Source: Nemertoderma westbladi
Taxonomy: Eukaryota; Animalia; Xenacoelomorpha
DNA length: 64,000 nt
Reading direction: 5' to 3'
Assembly: GCA_032718475.1 (NCBI GenBank)
Contig: JAUCBJ010005732.1
Coordinates: 1-64,000 of the forward strand
Each line of letters begins with the position of its first letter. The stretch's first letter is position 1. Both the position numbers and the translations under genes were made by a program. The notes below the pieces were generated by a model. That model was not told the DNA's origin. It made no database searches and saw only the letters and a list, made by a program, of their open reading frames with translations. Below are positions 37,190-50,861 of this stretch, one piece after another.

Positions 37190-40100
37190 GGTAGGCTTAC
37201 TCACACATTTATTTAACAAGGCTGGTAGGCTTACTCACATATTTATTTAACAAAGGCTGGTAGGCTTACTCACACATTTATTTAACAAAGGCTGGTAGGC
37301 TTACTCACACATTATTTAACAAGGCTGGTAGGCTTACTCACATATTTATTTAACAAAGGCTGGTAGGCTTACTCACACATTTATTTAACAAAGGCTGGTA
37401 GGCTTACTCACACATTTATTTAACAAAGGCTGGTAGGCTTACTCACACATTTATTTAACAAGGCTGGTAGGCTTACTCACACATTTATTTAACAAAGGCT
37501 GCTGGTAGGCTTACTCACACATTTATTTAACAAAGGCTGGTAGGCTTACTCACACATTTATTTAACAAAGGCTGGTAGGCTTACTCACACATTTATTTAA
37601 CAAAGGCTGGTAGGCTTACTCACACATTTATTTAACAAAGGCTGGTAGGCTTACTCACACATTTATTTAACAAAGGCTGGTAGGCTTACTCACACATTTA
37701 TTTAACAAAGGCTGGTAGGCTTACTCACACATTTATTTAACAAAGGCTGGTAGGCTTACTCACACATTTATTTAACAAAGGCTGGTAGGCTTACTCACAC
37801 ATTTATTTAACAAGGCTGGTAGGCTTACTCACATATTTATTTAACAAAGGCTGGTAGGCTTACTCACACATTTATTTAACAAAGGCTGGTAGGCTTACTC
37901 ACACATTTATTTAACAAAGGCTGGTAGGCTTACTCACACATTTATTTAACAAAGGCTGGTAGGCTTACTCACACATTTATTTAACAAAGGCTGGTAGGCT
38001 TACTCACACATTTATTTAACAAAGGCTGGTAGGCTTACTCACACATTTATTTAACAAAGGCTGGTAGGCTTACTCACACATTTATTTAACAAAGGCTGGT
38101 AGGCTTACTCACACATTTATTTAACAAAGGCTGGTAGGCTTACTCACACATTTATTTAACAAAGGCTGGTAGGCTTACTCACACATTTATTTAACAAAGG
38201 CTGGTAGGCTTACTCACACATTTATTTAACAAAGGCTGGTAGGCTTACTCACACATTTATTTAACAAAGGCTGGTAGGCTTACTCACACATTTATTTAAC
38301 AAAGGCTGGTAGGCTTACTCACACATTTATTTAACAAAGGCTGGTAGGCTTACTCACACATTTATTTAACAAAGGCTGGTAGGCTTACTCACACATTTAT
38401 TTAACAAAGGCTGGTAGGCTTACTCACACATTTATTTAACAAAGGCTGGTAGGCTTACTCACACATTTATTTAACAAAGGCTGGTAGGCTTACTCACACA
38501 TTTATTTAACAAAGGCTGGTAGGCTTACTCACACATTTATTTAACAAAGGCTGGTAGGCTTACTCACACATTTATTTAACAAAGGCTGGTAGGCTTACTC
38601 ACACATTTATTTAACAAAGGCTGGTAGGCTTACTCACACATTTATTTAACAAAGGCTGGTAGGCTTACTCACACATTTATTTAACAAAGGCTGGTAGGCT
38701 TACTCACACATTTATTTAACAAAGGCTGGTAGGCTTACTCACACATTTATTTAACAAAGGCTGGTAGGCTTACTCACACATTTATTTAACAAAGGCTGGT
38801 AGGCTTACTCACACATTTATTTAACAAAGGCTGGTAGGCTTACTCACACATTTATTTAACAAAGGCTGGTAGGCTTACTCACACATTTATTTAACAAAGG
38901 CTGGTAGGCTTACTCACACATTTATTTAACAAAGGCTGGTAGGCTTACTCACACATTTATTTAACAAAGGCTGGTAGGCTTACTCACACATTTATTTAAC
39001 AAAGGCTGGTAGGCTTACTCACACATTTATTTAACAAAGGCTGGTAGGCTTACTCACACATTTATTTAACAAAGGCTGGTAGGCTTACTCACACATTTAT
39101 TTAACAAAGGCTGGTAGGCTTACTCACACATTTATTTAACAAAGGCTGGTAGGCTTACTCACACATTTATTTAACAAAGGCTGGTAGGCTTACTCACACA
39201 TTTATTTAACAAAGGCTGGTAGGCTTACTCACACATTTATTTAACAAAGGCTGGTAGGCTTACTCACACATTTATTTAACAAAGGCTGGTAGGCTTACTC
39301 ACACATTTATTTAACAAAGGCTGGTAGGCTTACTCACACATTTATTTAACAAAGGCTGGTAGGCTTACTCACACATTTATTTAACAAAGGCTGGTAGGCT
39401 TACTCACACATTTATTTAACAAAGGCTGGTAGGCTTACTCACACATTTATTTAACAAAGGCTGGTAGGCTTACTCACACATTTATTTAACAAAGGCTGGT
39501 AGGCTTACTCACACATTTATTTAACAAAGGCTGGTAGGCTTACTCACACATTTATTTAACAAAGGCTGGTAGGCTTACTCACACATTTATTTAACAAAGG
39601 CTGGTAGGCTTACTCACACATTTATTTAACAAAGGCTGGTAGGCTTACTCACACATTTATTTAACAAAGGCTGGTAGGCTTACTCACACATTTATTTAAC
39701 AAAGGCTGGTAGGCTTACTCACACATTTATTTAACAAAGGCTGGTAGGCTTACTCACACATTTATTTAACAAAGGCTGGTAGGCTTACTCACACATTTAT
39801 TTAACAAAGGCTGGTAGGCTTACTCACACATTTATTTAACAAAGGCTGGTAGGCTTACTCACACATTTATTTAACAAAGGCTGGTAGGCTTACTCACACA
39901 TTTATTTAACAAAGGCTGGTAGGCTTACTCACACATTTATTTAACAAAGGCTGGTAGGCTTACTCACACATTTATTTAACAAAGGCTGGTAGGCTTACTC
40001 ACACATTTATTTAACAAAGGCTGGTAGGCTTACTCACACATTTATTTAACAAAGGCTGGTAGGCTTACTCACACATTTATTTAACAAAGGCTGGTAGGCT

Positions 40101-41530
40101 TACTCACACATTTATTTAACAAAGGCTGGTAGGCTTACTCACACATTTATTTAACAAAGGCTGGTAGGCTTACTCACACATTTATTTAACAAAGGCTGGT
40201 AGGCTTACTCACACATTTATTTAACAAAGGCTGGTAGGCTTACTCACACATTTATTTAACAAAGGCTGGTAGGCTTACTCACACATTTATTTAACAAAGG
40301 CTGGTAGGCTTACTCACACATTTATTTAACAAAGGCTGGTAGGCTTACTCACACATTTATTTAACAAAGGCTGGTAGGCTTACTCACACATTTATTTAAC
40401 AAAGGCTGGTAGGCTTACTCACACATTTATTTAACAAAGGCTGGTAGGCTTACTCACACATTTATTTAACAAAGGCTGGTAGGCTTACTCACACATTTAT
40501 TTAACAAAGGCTGGTAGGCTTACTCACACATTTATTTAACAAAGGCTGGTAGGCTTACTCACACATTTATTTAACAAAGGCTGGTAGGCTTACTCACACA
40601 TTTATTTAACAAAGGCTGGTAGGCTTACTCACACATTTATTTAACAAAGGCTGGTAGGCTTACTCACACATTTATTTAACAAAGGCTGGTAGGCTTACTC
40701 ACACATTTATTTAACAAAGGCTGGTAGGCTTACTCACACATTTATTTAACAAAGGCTGGTAGGCTTACTCACACATTTATTTAACAAAGGCTGGTAGGCT
40801 TACTCACACATTTATTTAACAAAGGCTGGTAGGCTTACTCACACATTTATTTAACAAGGTTGGTAGGCTTACTCACACATTTATTTAACAAAGGCTGCTG
40901 GTAGGCTTACTCACACATTTATTTAACAAAGGCTGGTAGGCTTACTCACACATTTATTTAACAAAGGCTGGTAGGCTTACTCACACATTTATTTAACAAA
41001 GGCTGGTAGGCTTACTCACACATTTATTTAACAAAGGCTGGTAGGCTTACTCACACATTTATTTAACAAAGGCTGGTAGGCTTACTCACACATTTATTTA
41101 ACAAAGGCTGGTGGTAGGCTTACTCGCACATTTATTTAACAAAGGCTGGTAGGCCTACTCACACATTTATTTAACAAAGGGTGGTAGGCTTACTCACACA
41201 TTTATTTACCAAAGGCTGGTAGGCTTACTCACACATTTATATAACAAAGGCTGGTAGGCTTACTCGCACATTTATTTAACAAAGGCTGGTAGGCTTACTC
41301 ACACATTTATATAACAAAGGCTGGTAGGCTTACTCGCACATTTATTTAACAAAGGCTGGTAGGCTTACTCACACATGTATTTAACAATGGCTGGTAGGCT
41401 TACTCGCACATTTATTTAACAAAGGCTGGTAGGCTTACTCACACATTTATTTAACAAAGGCTGGTAGGCTTACTCACACATTTATTTAACAAGGCTGGTA
41501 GGCTTACTCACACATTTATTTAACAAAGGC
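37190..41530. repeat. 35-bp tandem array, about 124 copies, in the FReD intron
   Basis: Unit GGCTGGTAGGCTTACTCACACATTTATTTAACAAA; homogeneous centre with variants at the edges. Confidence 0.99.
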
Positions 41531-43885
41531 TTTGGTGGAGCAAGTGGGGGTCTTTTGGTTGTAGTTAGGTCTACATACTCATTTATCTTTGGTGGAATAA
41601 GTTGAATGGCTTCGGCGGAGGAAACTAAATTATTTCGAAAAAGTGACATTTTATATTATTATTATCGTGTAATTTGATGAACTCTGAAGTTTGAACAGTG
41701 TAACTTTATAGATAGGATACGGAGTTGAGACACAGAGAGGTTACAGAAGTCAAATGGGCAAACAGCCAAACGGAATCTTGATTTGCACCAATCGTACGAT
41801 TAGCAGATTTAAACTTTAACAGCAAAAGTTAGTTGTAAGTGTAGTTAGAACTTCAGTGGCTCTACAAACACATTGATTCTACATTAAATAACAAACTTAC
41901 ATTGTCTCTTTCAACCAATTCGGTTAAGTTCCCATGGCTCTCTCCCAGACACTCCACAGCTAAAAGAGCTGCAAGAGTTAAAAGTAGAAGAGATTACTTG
42001 AACATTTTAGGTAACCGAATACGAAATTGAAGTGAATACAAACTAAAATACAATATTCTGAATGAATATAACGACACAAACACGCCATACTTAAACAATA
42101 TAAAACGCAACCTAATAAACATTAAATACCAGCTGCTGCTTAGTGGAAGCAAAGTTGCGCAATGTTAGTAAATGGGGCAGTTTATATGAATAAATAATTG
42201 GTGTGTTTTATGAAATAAAGTAAAGGGACTGATAGACCAACACAAACTCTCCTACTAAAAAGGTGCCTTAGATACCAGCCGTTACATTTACGGATATTGG
42301 TTTTGGTGAACTAGCAAAGCCAAAGAGCAACTAATTTATATGAAGAAATACTGTAGCTAGAATTCCTACTTGATGATAGAGGTTGTTTTTTAACCGCCGT
42401 CAAGGTGGAAATTGGCTTTAGCCCTCACTAACTACTATATACACCTCCTCACCCAATACAAAAATCAGGGAATTATGTTGAGAAAGGGGTATATTTGGTC
42501 GAGATAGGGAATAAGGGGAAGCCGACTATGAGTCCCCCGTTGGTTTCCCATGCTTGCTTTGCTTTATCAATCGGGTCGCGTTTGAGGCTGGGCTTAATTA
42601 CTAATTAGTGTATATAATCCTGCATGTAACTTTGTGGAAAGAGAAAAACCAATACTCCAAATAACCCCCCCCCCCCCCCCCCCCCCTCCCCAATCAGTGT
42701 TAATAGGCAAGCTATTAACTGTGATACTGTGACATTCATTTATTGCACGAAATAAATGGTATTTAATACAAGCAAAGCAAGGCTAGTGGAGTCCAGCTGT
42801 TCTCACTGTAATACTATGAGGGAGGGAGGGAGGGACGGTAGCCGACAAAAACCAGCTGTATCGGCCGGCGTTTGTGTTTTCCATAAAACAAAGACACGTG
42901 GGATATTGAGCTGAAAGCAGCAAACAATACTGTAGCTCCAATAGCGCGAGCGGTTACATTACGGCTGCAACGTGGCAATATAATTCTGTGTGCGCCATTT
43001 ACAGCTCCACGTCGCTGCCGTTTATACGTCACTGTCGCAGCAGCATTGCATTACATCCTTGACTGTTTCACTGCTGTAGGAAGTTATGTGTTGGGTTTAA
43101 TTGCGTCGTTCAATCCGCGGCCTTAATAATGTGGAGTCTGTTACAACGCAACGGCTAGTTGATACAGTGGCACCCCATCTCTGTCAATAACAAAATCGAA
43201 TATTGTTGTTTCTAAGAATAAGTGATAGGGAGTTTTTGCGGCTCAAGTTTGTTGACAAGTCGGCACAGCGTTCTTAATATACAGCATAATGCAGCATGCC
43301 GATCCTAGTACTATCACATTCCCACATTCGAAAACAGCACACCACATTCCCATCTTTCTACATTCATACAATTCATGTTTGGATGAATCCAGTCTTTCTG
43401 TTTGTCTGTCTGTCTGATTTTTTGTCTGGCTGTCTGTCAAAATTTTACAACAGACAATCTAGATTCAGCTAAATATGAAAGCTGACATCAAAAATTAAAT
43501 CACCGACAATAAATACCCCCGTAGCTAAAATATTAGCCACGTAGAGAGCTTTCTTATATTTTTACAGACACAGACAGACAAACATACAGACAGACATACA
43601 GACAGACAGCAGATAGACTGAGAGACAAACAGACAGACAGACATACTAGATTCAGACAAACATGAAAACACAGTGCGTTTAAAACGACTTTTAGTAATAA
43701 AAAATACCCACCCCATATTTTTTTTGAGAACAACCACATGCAAGTTATTTCAGAAAAAAACAAATTTTAAAATATTTCACAGGGCTATTGTCTTTTAATT
43801 AACGATTATAAACTATTATAATCGATTTAGTTGCGGTAGAAACCTCCAAAAAAGAGTAAAACGGTTAGTTCTCGAGATAATTCGC

Positions 43886-44165
43886 AAAAGGTGTACATAT
43901 AGAGTTGTTTGTACAAAAAGGTGTACATATAGAGTTGTGTGTACAAAAAGGTGTACATATAGAGTTGTGTGTACAAAAAGGTGTACATATAGAGTTGTGT
44001 GTACAAAAAGGTGTACATATAGAGTTGTGTGTACAAAAAGGTGTACATATAGAGTTGTGTGTACAAAAAGGTGTACATATAGAGTTGTGTGTACAAAAAG
44101 GTGTACATATAGAGTTGTGTGTACAAAAAGGTGTACATATAGAGTTGTGTGTACAAAAAGGCGCA
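43886..44165. repeat. 30-bp tandem repeat, about 9 copies, between inverted arms
   Basis: Unit AAAAGGTGTACATATAGAGTTGTGTGTACA; arms TAGTTCTCGAGATA and TATCTCGAGAACTA. Confidence 0.95.
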
Positions 44166-44244
44166 CATTGAGCCTAAAGTACACATTTTGTAGAATATCT
44201 CGAGAACTAAGCGCTCTCTAGTCTTATTCTGATGGTTTCTACAC

Positions 44245-45020
44245 AAACCTGCTCCTTTCCCTCATTTGGTAACAACAACGTTTATTGTTTTGGTTAGAAA
44301 AAGCCGTCTACGTAACCTGCTCCTTTCCCTCATTTGGTAACAACAACGTTTATTGTTTTGGTTAGAAAAAGCCGTCTACGTAAACTGCTCCTTTCCCTCA
44401 ATTGGTAACAACATCATTTGTTGTCTTGGTTAGAAAAAGCAATCTCTGTAACCTGCTCCTTTCCCTCATTTGGTAACAACAACGTTTATTGTTTTGGTTA
44501 GAAAAAGCCGTCTACGTAAACTGCTCCTTTCCCTCAATTGGTAACAACATAATTTGTTGTCTTGGTTAGAAAAAGCAATCTCTGTAACCTGCTCCTTTCC
44601 CTCAATTGGTAACAACATCGTTTATTGTTTTGGTTAGAAAAAGCTGTCTACGTAAACTGCTCCTTTCCTTCAATTGGTAACAACATCGTTTATTGCTTTG
44701 GTTAGGAAAAGCAGTCTCTGTAAACTGCTCCTTTCCCTCAATTGGTAACAACATCATTTGTTGTCTTGGTTAGAAAAAGCAATCTCTGTAACCTGCTCCT
44801 TTCCCTCAATTGGTAACAATATCGTTTATTGTTTTGGTTAGAAAAAGCAATCTCTGTAACCTGCTCCTTTCCCTCTATTGGTAACAACATTGTTTATTGT
44901 TTTGGTTAGAAAAAGCAATCTCTGTAACCTGCTCCTTTCCGTCTATAATAACAACCTCGTTTATTGTTTTGGTTAGAAAAACCCGTCTCTGTAAACTGCT
45001 CCTTTCCCTCAATTGGTAAC
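44245..45020. repeat. About 69-bp minisatellite, array 3 (subfamily variant)
   Basis: Same core as the 17.5 and 18.3 kb arrays, about 11 copies. Confidence 0.9.
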
Positions 45021-46570
45021 TAAAATCATTACTACTGTAACATAAATTATTTTTTTTGGGGGGGGGGGGGGGGTAACTGGAAACATTATCTGAGATGGGG
45101 GGGAGGGTAACATGACAGTACCAAATCAGTACCTGATAGAATAAAAACATAAGATTGTAATTAATTATAATCCTGAATATATTATAACGATTTATGTAAA
45201 ATTACCTACGGGGGAACCACGTGGTTCACATAATTGTTTACAAATAATTCGTAACAAAAACAAAAACTTATAAAAACTAACAGCTTCCACAAATAAATTA
45301 TTTTATTTATTACAAATTACAATAACAACCACCAAACAATGAGAAATACAATGTAAATAAATAAAACGAAAAGTTTTACGGGAGTTTCGGTTTATCCCTG
45401 CCTGGCCCGGGGCTATTTTTCAACTTAATTGCTCCCGAATTGGTCATTTTAGACATTTTTAGTTTTGGCTCAAAAATTAAAATTTTGATGGTATAAGGGT
45501 CTTCGATGTCACTGGTCACGATGAAACCAGCTATAAATATTTCTGGTAAATGCAAACCTAATTTTGGAGCCATTCTGTTGCCAAGTATGCGGTTACAAGT
45601 AGCACAAAATTTTATACTGATGCACATTTTACCTTTGGTTTGGGAATTTTGAAGATATACTGGTTTTCAAGGTCGCTGATCACGATACAACTCGTTAAAA
45701 ATCATTCGTGGTAACGCAACTATCAATTCTGGTGTTTGTCTGGTGGGACGAAAAATACAAGTAGCATAAAATTTCAAATGGCAAAAATCGAATTTGGTTG
45801 GATAATACGAATTTTGAGTGACGTATTCGTGATTTCGTGATCAGCGTCCCAGAAAACCCGTAATGTCTAAACATCAGTTTGGTGATTTGGTGATGATTTT
45901 TCATTATTACATTTGCACTACTTGTTTTTTTCGTGCCCCAGGGGGCACAAAAAGTTATATTTGAGTTCAATAATCGCGATCAGTGTCCAAAGAAACCGCT
46001 ATATACTGCAAACAAATTAATTTTAGTGAATTATAAAAACTTTTGAAAATTGAAAATTTTGAAAATTTGTTCTATTGGATAGCCCATTAAACTTTAGGAA
46101 AAGTCACGAAATCTCGGATTAACTAATCAACCTGACACAAAGTTACAACAGATGAATAACAAAAAAAATTATAAAATAACCCCCCCTCCCGGGCCAAGTA
46201 GGATTAAGCGATTCTGCACTGGTATGAAAAAAAAACAACTTTTTATGACCCTCATTTAATAAAACGCGCTATAAAGAGACTTTATTAATAATATTTCGTA
46301 ACAATATCTCGTATTAAATTTGCACTTATTAAAACCTAAATTAATATAATAAATCGTGATTAGTAAGGTAAAATAAATAACATATAATTGAATATTTCTG
46401 TACAAAGTTTAAATTAATTAACTAAAGAGATAAACTATAGTGAAAAATGAAAATTAATATAAAATAAATAACAATAAATATAAAGTTTTACACAGAGAAA
46501 CCAAATTAATCAATTATTAAGATCTCCAACAAACTCGTAACTAATATAAACTTGTAAGGGGACATGGTAC

Positions 46571-47198
46571 TAGGGATGCGACAGAGCTCCGGCTCCGGCT
46601 CCGGAAATCCGGAGCTCCGGGCCAATTTTCTAGTTCCGGCTCTGGTTCCGGCTTCGGGAAAATTAACCCGGAGCCAATCCGGAGCTTATGTTGTTGAAAT
46701 TTGAATTAAAATAATAAGTTTTTCTGATGTATGAATATTGTAAATATCATAATAATTAACATAATAACTCATTAAGTAATTTACAGCTTGTTTTTTTAAG
46801 TTACCGAATAAACCCCCACCCACCCTTGTGAAATTGTTTAAATGTTTAAACAAAAACATTGAAATGATTCAGTTAATTCAATTAATATTCTTCCCTAATT
46901 AAAAATATTAAATACTGTACATGTACTCTCGTTTCGTTCGTCAGTCTATAGAACCCCAATTCCACTGACCCCCACCCCCATCCACAACAGGTTGGCACTG
47001 TTCATGTCGTTTTTTCAGTCGAGAAGGGTGCAGGTTATATAGTGACGGACAGGTATTATTCTAACCAAAACAATAAACGAGACTCGATAGTCTCCGAGTC
47101 GAGACTCCGGCTCCGTCTCCGGCCGAAGCTCATATTGTAACCCGGAGGAACCTCCGGGCTCCGGCTCCGGATGAAATTTTAGCTCTGTCGCATCCCTA
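46571..47198. mobile_element. hAT-type MITE
   Basis: TIRs TAGGGATGCGACAGAGCT and AGCTCTGTCGCATCCCTA; 8-bp TSD CATGGTAC; CCGGCT subterminal repeats. Confidence 0.92.
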
Positions 47199-48980
47199 CA
47201 TGGTACCCTGCCCATTTCCGTAACAAACGTAAGTCGCACAAAGGTACACTTTTTGGATGAACCGCTCAATAAAATTTTATGAAATTTGCAACTCGGATAC
47301 TCGGAACTCGGATAGACCACCTGATCCGGACAAATGTAGAACCTTAAAAAAATCGAAAAAAATTATTTCCGCCAAAAATGAGACCATTTTTTGAAAATCG
47401 CTTGTAATTTTTAAAAAAATTGTACAAATCATCAAAAAAACATTAAGCTTACGAAATATCTGAAATGTTAGAGGTTCCACGGGTAGATAGCATTGATGCT
47501 GAGAATCAGTGAAAATTACATAAAATTTAATCTGGAAGTTCCTGAGATTTGTGTAATTAAAACCACGAAAAATAACTTTAGAGAAAAAGCCATTCAAAGA
47601 TTTCAAACCTTCCCGCCAAATACCTCTGTTAAGATTTTTAAAATATGTGCCAATAATTCGTAATGAAAGCCAAAAATTTAGCTGTAGGGGTTTTCATTGT
47701 CACTGATTTCATTTCCGATGTCAGTTTTACATTTGAGTGAATCTAGAGTTTCTGTATACTGTATAGTGTATATTTGTCTGTCTGTCGGAATGTCAGTCAA
47801 AAAATAAGAAAGCCTACCACTAATGTAAAATTATCGCTATATGGGTTTTTATGGTCGGTTCTTTCATTTCTGACGTTAATATTCACGGTTGATGAAATCT
47901 AGACTGTCTTCGTTCTACTGACAGATATACAGACAGACAGACAAACAAACGGACAGACAAAACTTCTAAATCACATTTAACGTATAAACGGACATCAGAA
48001 ATGAAATCCCTGACTAGGAAATCCCCCATAGCGAAAATTATAATTAGGTGCTGTCCTTCCTTAATTTTTATTTGATGGACAGACAAACCGACAGACAAAC
48101 TGACATTCAAACAACTACGTTTTGTGCTATGACTTTAAGGTTTTTCGGTAATCTACGAATGTTGACATTGATTTTCGTGAAAATTTGCAGAGCGCCAAGT
48201 CACCTTAATAAATAACTCATTCAGTGTTGGTATATATAAACTAAGAATAAAAATTAAATATATGCCTTGCCTTACTTAACCGACGGCATCTAGGCACATA
48301 CAGGTGAACCCATACAGGTGTATAAAACACAAAACACGTAACAAACAAAACCTGCAACCTAAAACAATTTTACCATTTAGGCTTTAAGGACACAAATAAA
48401 ATATTTTACATCTCCAAACGATAATTATGGCTAGAAATTTGGCAGGTTAACGAAGTACAAATGAATAGACTCACATAAAATTAATAAATATACTTTTTGA
48501 AACAATTTTCAATAATAAATATAATAAACCAACATGATTGGTCGCTAAACCAACCAATAGTAACTGAGATACATCGACGATATTGCAGCAAATATAGGCA
48601 GAGTTCTAAATCAAAATATACAACACGATAAACGCCACTGATTGGATAAAGTTTCCGATATGAAACTATAACAACATCCAATAGGAACAGCACAAGTACT
48701 ACTGCCAATATGTCAGCTAATTGTCTCCGGCTGGAAATAAAATAGATTGAAATGGTAAAATACGAAAATGAAATTAACAACAACAACACCAACAACGGAG
48801 TGAATAACTAGAGGTCTCGCTACGCGGATCTATAAATTAGAAAAGTGATGAGATGATCAGTGCGACTGCATGCAACAACTAGGTCACCTTTGTGTTACTG
48901 TTTTGAGATTTATGGATCTATACCTGTAACGTTTTCTCATACTATATAACAATAATTAATTACTGATAGATTTTTATACC

Positions 48981-50861
48981 AACCTTACTGGCAACTGAGT
49001 ATAAACTAACCTTACTGACAGATAACTGTTTATAAACTAACTTACTGGCAGAGAACTGTTTATAAACTAACCTTACTGAAAGAGAACTGTTTATAAACTA
49101 ACCTTACTGGCAGATAACTGTTTATAAACTAACCTTACTGGCAGAGAACTGTTTATAAACTAACTTACTGGCAGAGAACTGTTTATAAACTAACCTTACT
49201 GGCAGATAACTGTTTATAAACTAACTTACTGGCAGAGAACTGTTTATAAACTAACCTTGGCAGATAACTGTTTATAAACTAACCTTACTGGCAGATAACT
49301 GTTTATAAACTAACTTACTGGCAGAGAACTGTTTATAAACTAACCTTGGCAGAGAACTGTTTATAAACTAACCTTACTGACAGAGAACTGTTTATAAACT
49401 AACCTTGCTGGCAGAGAACTGTTTATAAACGAACCTTACTGGCAGATAACTGTTTATAAACTAACCTTACTGGCAGAGAACTGTTTATAAACTAACCTTA
49501 CTGGCAGATAACTGTTTATAAACTAACTTACTGGCAGAGAACTGTTTATAAACTAACCTTGGCAGAGAACTGTTTATAAACTAACCTTACTGACAGAGAA
49601 CTGTTTATAAACTAACCTTGCTGGCAGAGAACTGTTTATAAACGAACCTTACTGGCAGATAACTGTTTATAAACTAACCTTACTGACAGAGAACTGTTTA
49701 TAAACTAACCTTACTGGCAGAGAACTGTTTATAAACTAACCTTGCTGGCAGAGAACTGTTTATAAACGAACCTTACTGGCAGATAACTGTTTATAAACTA
49801 ACCTTACTGAAAGAGAACTGTTTATAAACGAACCTTACTGGCAGATAACTGTTTATAAACTAACCTTACTGAAAGATAACTGTTTATAAACGAACCTTAC
49901 TGGCAGATAACTGTTTATAAACTAACCTTACTGAAAGAGAACTGTTTATAAACTAACCTTACTGGCAGATAACTGTTTATAAACTAACCTTACTGGCAGA
50001 GAACTGTTTATAAACTAACCTTACTGGCAGATAACTGTTTATAAACTAACTTACTGGCAGAGAACTGTTTATAAACTAACTTTGGCAGAGAACTGTTTAT
50101 AAACTAACCTTACTGACAGAGAACTGTTTATAAACTAACCTTGCTGGCAGAGAACTGTTTATAAACGAACCTTACTGGCAGATAACTGTTTATAAACTAA
50201 CCTTACTGACAGAGAACTGTTTATAAACTAACCTTACTGGCAGAGAACTGTTTATAAACTAACCTTGCTGGCAGAGAACTGTTTATAAACGAACCTTACT
50301 GGCAGATAACTGTTTATAAACTAACCTTACTGAAAGAGAACTGTTTATAAACGAACCTTACTGGCAGATAACTGTTTATAAACTAACCTTACTGAAAGAT
50401 AACTGTTTATAAACTAACCTTACTGACAGAGAACTGTTTATAAACTAACCTTACTGGCAGATAACTGTTTATAAACTAACCTTACTGGCAGATAACTGTT
50501 TATAAGCTAACCTTACTGGCAGAGAACTGTTTATAAACTAACCTTACTGAAAGAGAACTGTTTATAAACTAACCTTACTGGCAGAGAACTGTTTATAAAC
50601 TAACCTTACTGACAGAGAACTGTTTATAAACTAACCTTACTGGCAGAGAACTGTTTATAAGCTAACCTTACTGGCAGAGAACTGTTTATAAACTAACCTT
50701 ACTGGCAGAGAACTGTTTATAAACTAACCTTACTGGCAGATAACTGTTTATAAACTAACCTTACTGGCAGATAACTATTTATAAACTACCTTACTGGCAG
50801 AGAACTGTTTATAAACTAACCTTGGCAGAGAACTGTTTATAAACTAACCTTACTGGCAGAG
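48981..50861. repeat. 31-bp tandem array, about 60 copies
   Basis: Unit CCTTACTGGCAGAGAACTGTTTATAAACTAA with recurring variants; contains the palindrome GTTTATAAAC. Confidence 0.98.

Larger units (their letters stand above)
36457..42005 (-). pseudogene. Secreted fibrinogen-related domain (FReD) gene with three visible exons, disrupted
   Basis: Exon 1 42005-41901 (signal peptide, TAA at codon 4, GTAAGT donor). Exon 2 about 41624-41512 (Pro-rich, GTGAGT donor). Exon 3 37086-36457 carries the FReD. Confidence 0.75.

Noticed and set aside
37190-41530. CRISPR array (35-bp repeat); also considered for 48981-50861 and 51925-52760
   Set aside because: Head-to-tail repeats with no unique spacers, no cas genes, eukaryotic context.
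43816-44246. Repetitive Cys/His/Tyr ORFs on both strands
   Set aside because: By-product of a 30-bp repeat with few stop codons.
46556-48208. Kolobok-like TIR element around the hAT MITE
   Set aside because: The TIR match is short and imperfect and TTAA is present on one side only; too weak to list.
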